From the NCBI GenBank assembly GCA_017936565.1, contig JAGBFG010000012.1, positions 2,254 through 66,253 on the forward strand: DNA of 64,000 nt, given 5' to 3'. The first letter of the stretch is position 1, and every line of letters starts with the position of its first letter. Below are positions 35,849 through 46,074 of this stretch, in pieces. The notes under the pieces are model-generated. The model searched no databases. It was not told where the DNA came from and saw nothing but the letters and a program-made list of their open reading frames with translations. This DNA comes from Clostridia bacterium (GTDB lineage Bacteria; Bacillota; Clostridia; Oscillospirales; CAG-272). Position numbers and translations under genes: made by a program.

Positions 35849-36577
35849 TTAGGTGGTGATTTTATCCAAAAGGGTTTTACAGGTGCCTGACGAGCAAAGT
35901 AAATCGGGCAGGATTTCTTCCTTTGTGCCCACCTTTTGCAGTTTTCCGTTGGCGATTACCACAATTTTATCGGCGATATTCAAAATTCTCTCCTGGTGAG
36001 AGATGATTAAAATGGAGCCCTTATACTGATCGTGCATTTTTTCAAATACGGAGATTAAATTGTTAAAGCTCCAAAGGTCAATGCCCGCTTCCGGCTCATC
36101 AAAGACGGAAAAAGGAACGGCTCTTGCCAAAACGGTGGCTATTTCAATTCTTTTCAGCTCGCCGCCTGACAGGCTGGCGTTGATTTCGCGGTTGATATAG
36201 TCTCTGGCGCAAAGCCCGACCTCAGACAAATAGGCGCAGATTTCCGCGACGCTCAATTTTCTTCCTGCCGCTAAGGTAATGAGGTCGGAAACGGTGATGC
36301 CCTTAAAGCGCACGGGCTGCTGGAATGCGTATCCTATTCCCTTTTGCGCGCGCTCGGTGACGGAAAGATGGGTGATATCCTCGCCATTGAAGAGAATTTG
36401 CCCCGAGGTGACGGGATAAATGCCAACAATGACCTTTGCCAAGGTGGATTTTCCGCCACCGTTTGGTCCTGTTATGGCAACGAAGCCATCCTCTATTTTC
36501 AAATTGATGTCTTGCAAAATTTCTTTTGTGCCTGTTTCCGTATCTACTTCATAGGAAACGTTTTTTAGTTCAAGCAT
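35849..36577 (-). CDS. SufC-like ABC ATPase
   Basis: Walker A GPNGGGKST, signature LSGGELKR, Walker B FSVFDEPE. Confidence 0.8.
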   Translation of the reverse strand: MLELKNVSYEVDTETGTKEILQDINLKIEDGFVAITGPNGGGKSTLAKVIVGIYPVTSGQILFNGEDITHLSVTERAQKGIGYAFQQPVRFKGITVSDLITLAAGRKLSVAEICAYLSEVGLCARDYINREINASLSGGELKRIEIATVLARAVPFSVFDEPEAGIDLWSFNNLISVFEKMHDQYKGSILIISHQERILNIADKIVVIANGKLQKVGTKEEILPDLLCSSGTCKTLLDKITT

Positions 36578-36637
36578 TCCTTTAACCTTTCTTTTGCTTT
36601 ATACTGCTTTTGTCATTATGATACAGAAAAGGGCTTT

Positions 36638-37441
36638 TTAAGCAAAAGGCGAATAAGACTTTATTACGCCGAATTTACAAGCTGCTATACATTTTCCGCA
36701 CCCTGTGCAAAGGCTGTCGTCTATGACGGCAAGCCCGCCCTCAAAACGAATGGCGCCCGCCTCACACACCTTGGCGCACATCTTACAGCCAAGGCAGCCT
36801 GTCTGACAGACCTTTTTGGTTTGTGCGCCCTTATCCTTGTTAGAGCAAGGAACGTAGGCGCTCTCTTTTTCCGATACCATTTCAATGATATGCTTGGGGC
36901 AAGCCGTGACACATTTGCCGCATCCCTTACACAAGGAAGGCGTAACAAGCGCAACGCCCCCGCAGATAGAAATGGCTTGCTTATCACAGGCACCAACACA
37001 GTCGCCATAGCCAAGGCAACCGTAGATACAGGCGCTGTCGCCCCCATAGAGCATAGTGGCGGCGTGGCAAGAGGAAATACCCTCATAGATGCTTTTCTTA
37101 CCCTTGGCATCATAAAAGCCCTGGCACCGTACTCTTGCTTTTTTAACAGCCACCTCACCCGCGGCAACGCCAAGAAGGGCGGCTATTTTTTGAGCGGTTT
37201 CGTTTCCGCCGACGGGGCATCTGGTGGTTTCGGTTTGTTTATTTTCGGCAAGAGCGGCGGCATACCCCGAGCAGCCCGAAAAGCCGCAAGCGCCGCAGTT
37301 GGCGCCAGGAAGAATGGCGCAAAGCTCCTTTACCGTTTCATCCTCTTCGACAGCAAAAAAGCGATTTGCCAAAACCAAAAACGCACCAAGTAGCAAGCCT
37401 ATGCCTGAAACGATCAGAACCGCAAGTAAAATTGGATTCAT
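36638..37441 (-). CDS. rnfB: Rnf complex subunit B (polyferredoxin)
   Basis: N-terminal TM helix, CGACGFSGC motif, multiple CxxCxxCxxxC ferredoxin motifs. Confidence 0.9.
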   Translation of the reverse strand: MNPILLAVLIVSGIGLLLGAFLVLANRFFAVEEDETVKELCAILPGANCGACGFSGCSGYAAALAENKQTETTRCPVGGNETAQKIAALLGVAAGEVAVKKARVRCQGFYDAKGKKSIYEGISSCHAATMLYGGDSACIYGCLGYGDCVGACDKQAISICGGVALVTPSLCKGCGKCVTACPKHIIEMVSEKESAYVPCSNKDKGAQTKKVCQTGCLGCKMCAKVCEAGAIRFEGGLAVIDDSLCTGCGKCIAACKFGVIKSYSPFA

Positions 37442-37510
37442 AATTAGATTATACCTTTCTTTTTGGTACGAGGTCTGATGTGTATTTCAGACCTTTCCCT
37501 TTCGTGCTTT

Positions 37511-38116
37511 TCAGAGCAAGCCGTCCACAATTCCCGCAAAGCCTAAGAAGGACAATGCAACCAAAGCCGCCGCAATTAAGGTTATCGGCAGCCCGCGCAG
37601 GAATTTAGGAATGTCGGCATCCTCTAATCTTTCTCTTACACCCGCAAAGAGCACCATCGCCAAAAGATAGCCAACTCCTGCTCCCAAGGCATTGACAAGG
37701 GCGTGCAAAAAGGTGTAAGAGGGGTTTTCGGCGCTCTTCTCCAAAACCAAGAGGGTGACGCCCAAAACGGCGCAGTTCGTGGTTATCAGGGGCAGATAAA
37801 TGCCAAGAGCGCGGTACAGTGACGGAATGTATTTTTTCATCACGATTTCCACAAACTGTACCAAGGCGGCGATAATCAAAATGAAGACCACCGTTTGCAA
37901 ATATCCAAGCCCCAAGGGTTCAAGCACATATGTAAAGAGCGGGAAGGTTACCGCTGTTGCCAAGACAAGCACAAAGGTGACCGCAAGGCTCATACCGACA
38001 GCGGTATTCAGCTTCTTGGAAACACCGAGAAAGGGGCAAATGCCGAGAAACTTGGATAAAATATAGTTTTCCGTTAAGATAGCGGCGAGAAACACCGCGA
38101 GAAAGGATTTAAGCAT
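37511..38116 (-). CDS. rnfA: Rnf complex subunit A
   Basis: ILTENYILSKFLGICPFLGVSKK motif; start at internal ATG 38116. Confidence 0.9.
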   Translation of the reverse strand: MLKSFLAVFLAAILTENYILSKFLGICPFLGVSKKLNTAVGMSLAVTFVLVLATAVTFPLFTYVLEPLGLGYLQTVVFILIIAALVQFVEIVMKKYIPSLYRALGIYLPLITTNCAVLGVTLLVLEKSAENPSYTFLHALVNALGAGVGYLLAMVLFAGVRERLEDADIPKFLRGLPITLIAAALVALSFLGFAGIVDGLL

Positions 38117-38807
38117 TTCCACAGCCCTCTGCCTCCTCTTCCGATTGCTCTGCCTTGGCGCAGGTTTTTGAAAGCGGGCAAGCGGCACAGCCTATCTTCC
38201 CCTTTGCCTTCTTCTCTCCTTGCAGCTTATTGGCAAGTGAAATTAAAAGACCAAAGACGAAAAATCCACCTGCGGGCAGAATGAACACGGTAATGGGGGT
38301 GTAAAAGGATGGCAAAACAGACACGCCAAACAAGCACCCTGTTCCCAAAAGCTCACGTATCATTCCCATTAAAAGCATCGCGGCGGTAAAGCCGACACCC
38401 ATTCCCACTCCGTCTAACGCTGAAAGCAGGACGGGGTTTTTAGACGCGTACATTTCCGCTCTGCCAAGAATAATGCAGTTGACAACGATAAGCGGCAAAA
38501 AGATACCCAAGGACTTATCAAGCGCGGGAAGATACGCCTTTACCAGCATTTGCACGATGGTGACGAAGCCCGCAATGACCGTAATATAAGCGGGGATACG
38601 GACAGAGTCGGGAATAACCTTGCGAAGCAGCGAAATCACGCAGTTAGAGCAAATCAAAACCAAGGTCGCGGCAAGACCCATACCCAGCGCGTTGGAAGCG
38701 CCCGTGGTGACGGCAAGCGTGGGGCAGGTGCCAAGCAACAGACAAAGCACAGGGTTTTCCTTGACAATGCCCTTGGAAAAGGTCTGCCAAAGCGTTCCTT
38801 TATTCAT
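38109..38807 (-). CDS. rnfE: Rnf complex subunit E, with Cys-containing C-terminal tail
   Basis: ENPVLCLLLGTCPTLAVT motif; tail GCAACPLSKTCAKAEQSEEEAEGCGNA. Confidence 0.9.
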   Translation of the reverse strand: MNKGTLWQTFSKGIVKENPVLCLLLGTCPTLAVTTGASNALGMGLAATLVLICSNCVISLLRKVIPDSVRIPAYITVIAGFVTIVQMLVKAYLPALDKSLGIFLPLIVVNCIILGRAEMYASKNPVLLSALDGVGMGVGFTAAMLLMGMIRELLGTGCLFGVSVLPSFYTPITVFILPAGGFFVFGLLISLANKLQGEKKAKGKIGCAACPLSKTCAKAEQSEEEAEGCGNA

Positions 38808-39345
38808 CAGCGTTTCCTCCTTGGTGTATTTGGCGATAGGACGAGAGCGCCATATTAATCCCATCTACAACTGCCCGTGAGGAATAGGTGGCGCCTGTTT
38901 GGGCTTCCACGTTTTCCCCTAACGAGAAATATCCGTCAGGCTTTGTTAAGAACTGAGACAAGAAGCTCTCTTTTGTGACGTTCGCGCCAAGGCCCGGGGT
39001 TTCATCGGGGGCGCTCACCGAAACGCCGACCACACGCCCCTCGCAGTCAATTCCGACGATTGAGGTCACACTTCCACCATAGCCCTTGACGGCATTTATA
39101 AAGACGTAGCCCACAAGCACGCCGTCCTTATGCCCCGTATAGCCCTCTATTCCCTTTTGGGAAAGGGGAGTAAAGGTGTCTGCCGTTTGCAAGACCTGCT
39201 TTGTGGCGTTAAGAAGCGCCTCCTCCTCTGCCTTGGCAATTCTATCCTTGGTTACGGCATAGACGCCTGCCAAAAGGAAGGAAACCACAAGACAGATGGC
39301 GAAAAGAACGATAATGGGAGATAACGATTTTCTTGTATTTGTCAT
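38800..39345 (-). CDS. rnfG: Rnf complex subunit G (FMN-binding)
   Basis: N-terminal TM helix, GYGG and ETPGLG, and GATYSS flavinylation-type motif. Confidence 0.9.
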   Translation of the reverse strand: MTNTRKSLSPIIVLFAICLVVSFLLAGVYAVTKDRIAKAEEEALLNATKQVLQTADTFTPLSQKGIEGYTGHKDGVLVGYVFINAVKGYGGSVTSIVGIDCEGRVVGVSVSAPDETPGLGANVTKESFLSQFLTKPDGYFSLGENVEAQTGATYSSRAVVDGINMALSSYRQIHQGGNADE

Positions 39346-40259
39346 ACGCTGCTTTTTCCTCCTTTGCCAAAGGGCTTGCCAAAGGGAATGCGCTCAATGA
39401 GGGGGGTAGCTATATTCATCAGCACGATGGCATAGGAAACACCCTCGGGAAGATTGGCATACAGGCGAATGAGCATGGTCAAAAGACCGCACAGCACCGC
39501 ATACAAGACTCTGCCGCCCTTAGAGACGGGAGAGGTCACGTAATCGGTTGCCATAAAGACCGCGCCGAACAAAAGCCCGCCCGAAAGCAGGTGAAAGGGG
39601 ACGGATGCGCCCACCAAGAGAGAAAACAGCGCCGCTGTTCCTACATAGCAAACGGGAATGATGGGAGAAATGACACGACGGGCAAGCAGATACACCAAGC
39701 CAATCAGAATGGCTATCTTACAGGTTTCTCCGATACAGCCGCCGACTCTGCCTACAAACAAGTCCCAGAGCGCCGTTTGCGCAACGTCCTTGGCTAAGGG
39801 GGTTGCGGTGGTAACGGCATCGGTCATTTGCGCTGTGGTAAAGGCCGTCATTTGGGTGGGAAAGGACACCAGCATCACGATGCGGGCGGTAAGGGCGGGA
39901 TTGACAAAGTTGTTACCCAAGCCCCCGAGCATTTGCTTTACCACGACAATTGCCGTAACACATCCCACAAAAAGCAGGTGTATCGGCACGGAAACAGGCA
40001 TAATGAGTCCAAGCAGGACGCCCGTCACGGCGGCAGACAAATCTCCTATGGTTTGCTCTCTTTTCATAACGAGGCTGCAAAGATATTCCAGCGCCACGCA
40101 AAAGAGGGTAGAAAGCCCCACGACAAGCAAGCTACGAAAGCCGTAAAGCAGCACACCTGCCACCACACAGGGCAAAAGCGCGATTAACACATCTCCCATT
40201 ACGCGCCTTGTGGTTATGGGGGCGCGCAGGTGGGGAGAGGAACTAACATATAATTTCAT
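39342..40259 (-). CDS. rnfD: Rnf complex subunit D
   Basis: SSSPHLRAPITTRRVM... NqrB/RnfD pattern; ATG 40259 follows GGAG. Confidence 0.9.
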   Translation of the reverse strand: MKLYVSSSPHLRAPITTRRVMGDVLIALLPCVVAGVLLYGFRSLLVVGLSTLFCVALEYLCSLVMKREQTIGDLSAAVTGVLLGLIMPVSVPIHLLFVGCVTAIVVVKQMLGGLGNNFVNPALTARIVMLVSFPTQMTAFTTAQMTDAVTTATPLAKDVAQTALWDLFVGRVGGCIGETCKIAILIGLVYLLARRVISPIIPVCYVGTAALFSLLVGASVPFHLLSGGLLFGAVFMATDYVTSPVSKGGRVLYAVLCGLLTMLIRLYANLPEGVSYAIVLMNIATPLIERIPFGKPFGKGGKSSV

Positions 40260-40345
40260 AAAAATCTCCGTTCCGCCAAAGTAGACTTTTGATATACAAT
40301 GCAAAGGCATTGCTCGGTTACATTTACATAAGTGCAAGGAAATCC

Positions 40346-41686
40346 TTATCCTTTTTTGGCGTTCTTTTCTCGCAAAAGCGCTTTTCCTAATCGCATAGAC
40401 TGCACAAGCGGACGCTTAGCAGGGCAAGCATAGGCGCAGCTGCCACATTCCATACAGGTCATTTGCGACAGCCTTTCGAGCGCTTCGGTATCCTTTCTTT
40501 CGGTTGCCTTTTCCAAGCGCAAGGGGAAAAGACGCATCGGGCAAACGGACACACACCTGCCGCAATGGATACAGGCGGTGGTTTTGCCAAGGGTTGCTTC
40601 CTTCCTGGTTAAAACGACGACGCCGTTGTTGTTCTTTAAGATAGGAACGTCTGTGCTTTCTAAGGCGACACCCATCATAGGTCCGCCAAACATCACCTTG
40701 CCGACGTCCTCATCCGAGACCCCCACAAAAGCGAGCAGGTCAGAAACGGACGTTCCTAAGGGAACGATGACGTTTTGCTTATTTTTAACAGCGCCGCCCT
40801 CCACCGTCAATCTTTTGCTGACAAGCGGCATTCCCGTTTTGATATAGCGGGACAAGACGGAAATACTGGTAATATTCATCACGATACAACCCACATCCGC
40901 AGGAAGCTTGCCCTCGGGCACTTCTCTGCCCGTGGCGGATTTGATTAAAACCTTTTCCGCGCCCTGCGGATAGGACGTAGGCAAAGGAAGCACCCTTACC
41001 TCATCGTTATAGTCAACAGAGGAATCGGCGATTTTACGCAAGACCTCAATGGCGCGGGGCTTGTTTTTCTCGATACAGATAAAGACGCGGTGAATGCCAA
41101 GCATTTTTTTCACGAGGTAAACGCCGCTCATCACGTCCCAGGAGTTTTCTAAAATTTCTCGGTTATCCGAGGTCAGATACGGCTCGCATTCCGCGCCGTT
41201 GATGAGCAGGGTGTCTATTTTCTTGTCGCCAGGGCGAAGCTTGATATGCGTAGGAAACCCAGCGCCCCCAAGACCGACAAGACCGCATTCGCGCACAGCG
41301 CGGATAAGCTCTTCCTCATTCTCCACGGAAATGGGAGAATGCTCTATTTGCCGCATTTCACCGTCCGAGGCAATGACCACGGTTTCTACCACCGCTCCCC
41401 CCGCAAGACGCAAAGGAGCAATATCCGTCACCTCGCCGCTGACAGAGGCGTGAATCGGAACGGAAAAGGGCTTTTCGGAATCTCCGATTTTTTGCCCGAC
41501 CAACACCTTATCTCCTACCTTGACGCAAGGGGCACAGGGAGCGCCGATGTGCATTTGCATAGGCAGACGCACGTAAGCAGGCGGGGGCATTTTGACGGTG
41601 GGTGAGAGGGCAGTTTCCTTCAAATGCGGCAAGGAAACGCCACCGTCTGTACGGTATGGCTTTTCAGAAAACAGGGATTTTTTCAC
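40346..41686 (-). CDS. rnfC: Rnf complex subunit C
   Basis: GLVGLGGAGFPTHIKL NADH/FMN-binding motif, two CxxCxxCxxxCP clusters. Confidence 0.9.
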   Translation of the reverse strand: MKKSLFSEKPYRTDGGVSLPHLKETALSPTVKMPPPAYVRLPMQMHIGAPCAPCVKVGDKVLVGQKIGDSEKPFSVPIHASVSGEVTDIAPLRLAGGAVVETVVIASDGEMRQIEHSPISVENEEELIRAVRECGLVGLGGAGFPTHIKLRPGDKKIDTLLINGAECEPYLTSDNREILENSWDVMSGVYLVKKMLGIHRVFICIEKNKPRAIEVLRKIADSSVDYNDEVRVLPLPTSYPQGAEKVLIKSATGREVPEGKLPADVGCIVMNITSISVLSRYIKTGMPLVSKRLTVEGGAVKNKQNVIVPLGTSVSDLLAFVGVSDEDVGKVMFGGPMMGVALESTDVPILKNNNGVVVLTRKEATLGKTTACIHCGRCVSVCPMRLFPLRLEKATERKDTEALERLSQMTCMECGSCAYACPAKRPLVQSMRLGKALLREKNAKKG

Positions 41687-41729
41687 AAAGAAACTCTCCT
41701 TTATTTTTTTAAGACGAAAAGGCGCATAG

Positions 41730-42290
41730 TCAAGAGCCGTCCTTTTCCTTTGCCTTTTTCCACGCCCTTCGGACCACTGAAAGCGTGGCTTTCAGTATAA
41801 CGCCCGTCAAAAGACCGCAGGGCAAGGCAAGCAGTAGCAAAACAGGGGCATAATACAGCACCGCCTTGCCTAAAAGCAGCAAGGAAACGAGAAGCTGTGC
41901 TATGTTATGAGAAAGGGCGCCTGCCACACTGATAGAGGCAAGCCCAAGCCTTTCTTGGAAAAAGCGAAAGAACAACCACATCACAAAAGAGGATGCTATC
42001 CCCCCCGCAAGACTCATACAAAAGGCAACAACACCTCTGGCAGCGAGGGCAAAGAACGCTTTACAAAGAGCAATAAGCAAGGCGGGGAAAAGACCGTATT
42101 CCGCGCAAACAAACATCACGGCAATATTGGCAAGACCGGGCTTCACCCCTAAGGGCAAGAGGGGAGCAAACAAGCTCTCCAAAGACGAAAGCATAATGGA
42201 CAGGGCGGCAAAAATCGCCATTTTGGTCCAAAAGGGCGTATGACGGTAAAGGTGCGCGGTTGTTTTTTTATTCTGCTTATCCTGTGACAC
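41730..42290 (-). CDS. Gx transporter family membrane protein (heptaprenyl diphosphate synthase component I-like)
   Basis: Small polytopic protein, GLANIAVMF motif, conserved position next to the NusG-II and ApbE genes. Confidence 0.7.
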   Translation of the reverse strand: MSQDKQNKKTTAHLYRHTPFWTKMAIFAALSIMLSSLESLFAPLLPLGVKPGLANIAVMFVCAEYGLFPALLIALCKAFFALAARGVVAFCMSLAGGIASSFVMWLFFRFFQERLGLASISVAGALSHNIAQLLVSLLLLGKAVLYYAPVLLLLALPCGLLTGVILKATLSVVRRAWKKAKEKDGS

Positions 42291-42657
42291 CGTCTATCTC
42301 CCCCTTTCCGTCCAAAAGCACCCCGAAGCGAAGAGGCAGACAATGAATGCTGCTTCCCTTTCGGGTGATTTTACCGCTTTTGATACAGGTTTGATGCGGA
42401 CAGGGAGAGGAAAGGATTTCTGCCCCATCGGGATACAGGCATACGGTGATTTCCTTTCCGTCGACAAGGTATGCTTTAAGCAGGGGCTCTTTGGGCAGGG
42501 GAATATCCTCAACCACCTCGCCGTCTATAAGGACAAGCAGCGACGTGGGCTTTTCCTCGCTTTCCTGCAAGGCAAATATAATAAGGGCAGAAAGGAGAAG
42601 AAGGAGTAAAACAAGCGCATCCCATTTCCGAAACAGACGGATATTTGTGTCCTTCAT
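42277..42657 (-). CDS. NusG domain II-containing membrane-anchored protein (DUF1312)
   Basis: N-terminal TM helix; SSPCPHQTCIKSGKI...IHCLP motif. Confidence 0.7.
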   Translation of the reverse strand: MKDTNIRLFRKWDALVLLLLLLSALIIFALQESEEKPTSLLVLIDGEVVEDIPLPKEPLLKAYLVDGKEITVCLYPDGAEILSSPCPHQTCIKSGKITRKGSSIHCLPLRFGVLLDGKGEIDGVTG

Positions 42658-43682
42658 CGGTAAATCACCTCGAAATTCTCGACTTCAAGGCGCGAGGATA
42701 AGGAGGATGATGCGTAAACGCTTCCGCTTCGGCAAACGAAGATAGCCTCTGCCCCATAGGCTTGACAAAGGGCAAAGCCATCTTGCAAGCCAAGAATAAA
42801 TGCCGCGGTTGAGAGCATATCTGCCAAGGCACCGCTTGTGGCTATTACCGTGACGGATATAAGCTCGTTTTCAACGGGCAAGCCCGTTTTGGCATCTAAA
42901 ATATGATGATATTCCTTTCCCTCGTAAAAGAAGCGCTTTTCGTAGCTCCCCGAGGTGGAAACGAAGCCCTCGCGCAAGGAAAGCACTCCAAGCAAGGACT
43001 CTCTTTCTTGGGAAAAGGGGTTGCGGACGCCAATTTTCCAATCTCCCGTTTTTTTGCCGACACAGGCGATACTGCCGCCAACGGCAATAAGCCCTGTTTT
43101 TCCTTTTTCCTTTAAGTAGGACGCCAAGACGTCCGTCGCGTATCCTTTCCCTGCCGATCCCAAATCTATACCACCGCCGACAAGAGAAAACGCACCGTTT
43201 TCCCTTTGCGTAAGAAGAGCCCCTTGCGTTTCCAAAGCCGCATCTTCCAACGCCGCCAACGAGGGGGGCGCGGGATTTTCGGCGTCAAACTGCCAAAGGA
43301 CCGTTTCCTTTTGGGCGAGAACGGAAAAGCGCCCGTTCGTTTGCTCTTGCAATGAAGCCGCCAAAGCAAAGAGTCCTTGCAGATCTTCTGAAAGGAAAAC
43401 CTCTTCGCCCCCGTTGAGCTTGGCGATGGGGGAATGCGCTACGCGAAAGGAAATTTCGTTTTCGGTTTCCGCCAAAAGAGATACAAGCGCCGAGGCATCC
43501 TCATCGTCCTCCACGGTAAACACGGCAAAGGTGCCCATTCCGTAGGAATTGATTTGAGTATAGGCAGGGGCGCAGGAAAAAAGAGAAGGTAGCAGCAGCG
43601 AAAGAAGAGCAAAAAGCGACAAAAGGCGGGAAACGACGCAAAATCGGCGTTTCTTCCCTTCTTGCCAAGGCTTTTTGTTCAT
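42654..43682 (-). CDS. apbE: FAD:protein FMN transferase (ApbE), lipoprotein
   Basis: Lipobox LFSC; GSAGKGYATD, HHILDAKTG and ALADMLSTA motifs; ATG 43682 follows AAAGGAAG. Confidence 0.9.
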   Translation of the reverse strand: MNKKPWQEGKKRRFCVVSRLLSLFALLSLLLPSLFSCAPAYTQINSYGMGTFAVFTVEDDEDASALVSLLAETENEISFRVAHSPIAKLNGGEEVFLSEDLQGLFALAASLQEQTNGRFSVLAQKETVLWQFDAENPAPPSLAALEDAALETQGALLTQRENGAFSLVGGGIDLGSAGKGYATDVLASYLKEKGKTGLIAVGGSIACVGKKTGDWKIGVRNPFSQERESLLGVLSLREGFVSTSGSYEKRFFYEGKEYHHILDAKTGLPVENELISVTVIATSGALADMLSTAAFILGLQDGFALCQAYGAEAIFVCRSGSVYASSSLSSRLEVENFEVIYR

Positions 43683-43849
43683 AAGAGGCTTCCTTTCTTT
43701 TGGCGGGTTTTGAAGAATAAGCGCTGTTTTTTTCAGTAACAATGCTTATAAATCTTCACATTATATAATAGCATATATTACGATAAAAAGCAAGAGATTT
43801 TGACAACATCATATCGTTATTTTTTTGGCAAAAAAGTAGAAGAAAGCCC

Positions 43850-43878
43850 TTGACAAAAAGAAAAAAAGGTGTTATACT
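43850..43878 (+). promoter_or_regulatory. sigma-A-type promoter of the thrS leader
   Basis: TTGACA 43850-43855, 17-nt spacer, TATACT 43873-43878. Confidence 0.7.
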
Positions 43879-43884
43879 TCTTTT

Positions 43885-44057
43885 ATCGGAGCATGTCTGC
43901 CGTCAAGCAATCGTTTCAGAGAGTCAACGTCAAGGGCTGTGAGCGTGACACGAGGAGAGGGCAGGTACCGGCCGTGTACAATTTTATAACCAATGAAGTG
44001 AAACTTTCGGGTGGAACCGTGCTATGCACCCCGAATGCTTTCGCTTTTTTTGTTTTT
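43885..44057 (+). promoter_or_regulatory. T-box leader (tRNA-sensing riboswitch) of thrS
   Basis: AGAGAG box at ~43917; T-box sequence aaactttcGGGTGGaACCGtgc at 44001-44022; competing terminator ttcggg/cccgaa followed by a T-run; Thr codons (ACG at ~43948, ACC at ~43965) are candidate specifiers. Confidence 0.85.
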
Positions 44058-44083
44058 TATCCCAAAAATGAGAAAGGAAATTT

Positions 44084-46018
44084 ATGATGGCACATTTTGT
44101 TTTTCAAAACGGCGCGGCAATCAATATGGATTTGCCCGCAACGGTCTATGACGTCGCCAAGGAAGCAGGTCTTATTTCTCGCGATATCATCGCCGCAAAA
44201 ATAAATGGCGAGGTCGTTGAGCTGACCACGCCCCTTAAAGAAGACGCGCAAATCACCCTTTTGACCTTCAAGGACGCTGAGGGAGAGCGGGTATTCAACC
44301 ACACCGCCTCTCACATTTTAGCGCAGGCAGTCAAGCGCCTGTATCCCGATGTAAAGCTGACCATTGGTCCTTCCATTGAGCACGGCTTTTATTACGACTT
44401 TGATTCGCCCATATCCTTCACGCCCGATATTTTGAAGACGCTTGAGGATGAAATGAAAAAGATTGTGAAGGAAAATCTCCGCTTGGAGCGCTTCACGCTT
44501 TCTCGTAAAGAGGCTCTTGAAAAAATGGCAGATGAGCCATACAAATGCGAGCTGATTGAAAATCTGCCCGAGGGCGAGGAGATTTCCTTCTACCGTCAGG
44601 GCGAATTCACCGACCTTTGCGCAGGTCCCCACCTCTTCTCTACGGGTGCGGTAAAGGCGTTCCGCCTGCTCTCCTGCACGGGCGCTTACTGGCACGGTGA
44701 TTCTTCTCAAAAAATGTTACAGCGTATTTACGGAACGGCGTTCCCGAGCAAAGAGGAGCTGAACGCGTATCTTACCGCCCAAGAGGAAGCGAAAAAGCGC
44801 GACCACAACAAGATTGGGCGTGAGCTTGAATATTTCACCACGGTTGACGTGGTAGGACAGGGGCTTCCCATTCTGCTTCCCAAGGGTGCGCGCACCATTC
44901 AGCTGTTACAGCGCTTTGTGGAAGACGAGGAGCAGCGCCGCGGCTACCTTCTTACAAAAACGCCCTTGATGGCAAAGAGAGAGCTTTACAAGATTTCGGG
45001 GCACTGGGACCATTATCTTGACGGTATGTTTGTTTTGGGAGATCCCAATGACGAGACCAAGGAATGCTTTGCTCTGCGCCCGATGACCTGCCCCTTCCAA
45101 TACCAGGTATTCTTAAACAGAAAGCGCTCCTATCGGGATTTGCCGATGCGCCTTGGTGAAACCTCTACCCTTTTCCGCAACGAAGACTCGGGCGAAATGC
45201 ACGGTCTTATCCGTGTGCGTCAGTTCACTATTTCCGAGGGGCATCTCATTTTGCGCCCCGAGCAGCTGGCAGAGGAATTCAAGGGCTGCTTGGATCTGGC
45301 TCTTTATATGCTGGAAACACTCGGCTTGAAGGAAGACTGCTCCTTCCGCTTCTCTCAATGGGATCCTGCCCGCCGCGACAAGTACGAGGGCACGCCTGAG
45401 CAATGGAACGAGGCGCAAGACATTATGAAAACCCTTCTTGACGAGAACGGTATCGATTACAAGATCGGTATTGACGAGGCTGCCTTCTACGGTCCGAAGC
45501 TTGATATTCAAATCAAGAACGTCTTTGGTAAGGAAGACACCCTCATCACCATTCAAATTGATATGCTTCTTGCTAAGAAATTCGGTATGGAGTACACTGA
45601 CTCCGACAATCAACCCAAGACACCCTATATTATTCACCGCACATCCTTGGGCTGTTATGAGAGAACGCTGGCTCTGCTTCTTGAAAAATACGCCGGCGCG
45701 CTTCCTATGTGGATGGCGCCCACGCAAGCTACTATTCTTCCCATCACCTCGGAATTTGACGGGTACGCCAAGGAAATCCAAGCCAAGATGCAGGCCTTGG
45801 GTATACGTGTTGAGCTCGATAGCAGAAATGAAAAAATCGGCTACCGCATCCGCGAGGCGCAGCTCTCCAAGGTACCTTATATGCTGGTTGTCGGCGCCAA
45901 TGAAATGGCAGACGGCACCGTTGCCGTGCGCGCTCGCAAGGAAGGCGAGGGCGGCGTGATGACGGTGGACGAGATGCTTGCCAAGTTCACCAAGGAAATC
46001 GCCGAAAAGAAGCGCTGA
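44084..46018 (+). CDS. thrS: Threonine--tRNA ligase
   Basis: TGS domain start, class II motifs FRNEDSGEMHGLIRVRQF, full length 644 aa. Confidence 0.95.
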   Translation: MMAHFVFQNGAAINMDLPATVYDVAKEAGLISRDIIAAKINGEVVELTTPLKEDAQITLLTFKDAEGERVFNHTASHILAQAVKRLYPDVKLTIGPSIEHGFYYDFDSPISFTPDILKTLEDEMKKIVKENLRLERFTLSRKEALEKMADEPYKCELIENLPEGEEISFYRQGEFTDLCAGPHLFSTGAVKAFRLLSCTGAYWHGDSSQKMLQRIYGTAFPSKEELNAYLTAQEEAKKRDHNKIGRELEYFTTVDVVGQGLPILLPKGARTIQLLQRFVEDEEQRRGYLLTKTPLMAKRELYKISGHWDHYLDGMFVLGDPNDETKECFALRPMTCPFQYQVFLNRKRSYRDLPMRLGETSTLFRNEDSGEMHGLIRVRQFTISEGHLILRPEQLAEEFKGCLDLALYMLETLGLKEDCSFRFSQWDPARRDKYEGTPEQWNEAQDIMKTLLDENGIDYKIGIDEAAFYGPKLDIQIKNVFGKEDTLITIQIDMLLAKKFGMEYTDSDNQPKTPYIIHRTSLGCYERTLALLLEKYAGALPMWMAPTQATILPITSEFDGYAKEIQAKMQALGIRVELDSRNEKIGYRIREAQLSKVPYMLVVGANEMADGTVAVRARKEGEGGVMTVDEMLAKFTKEIAEKKR

Positions 46019-46035
46019 TTCAAAAAGAAAAGAAT

Positions 46036-46062
46036 AAAACCCGTCCGCAAGGACGGGTTTTT
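46036..46062. terminator. Bidirectional terminator between thrS and glyQS
   Basis: aaaacccgtcc-gcaa-ggacgggttttt. Confidence 0.85.
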
Positions 46063-46074
46063 ATTTAGAGTTTC

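Noticed and set aside
34985-35890. 301-aa + strand ORF
   Set aside because: It is the antisense shadow of the SufBD-like gene.
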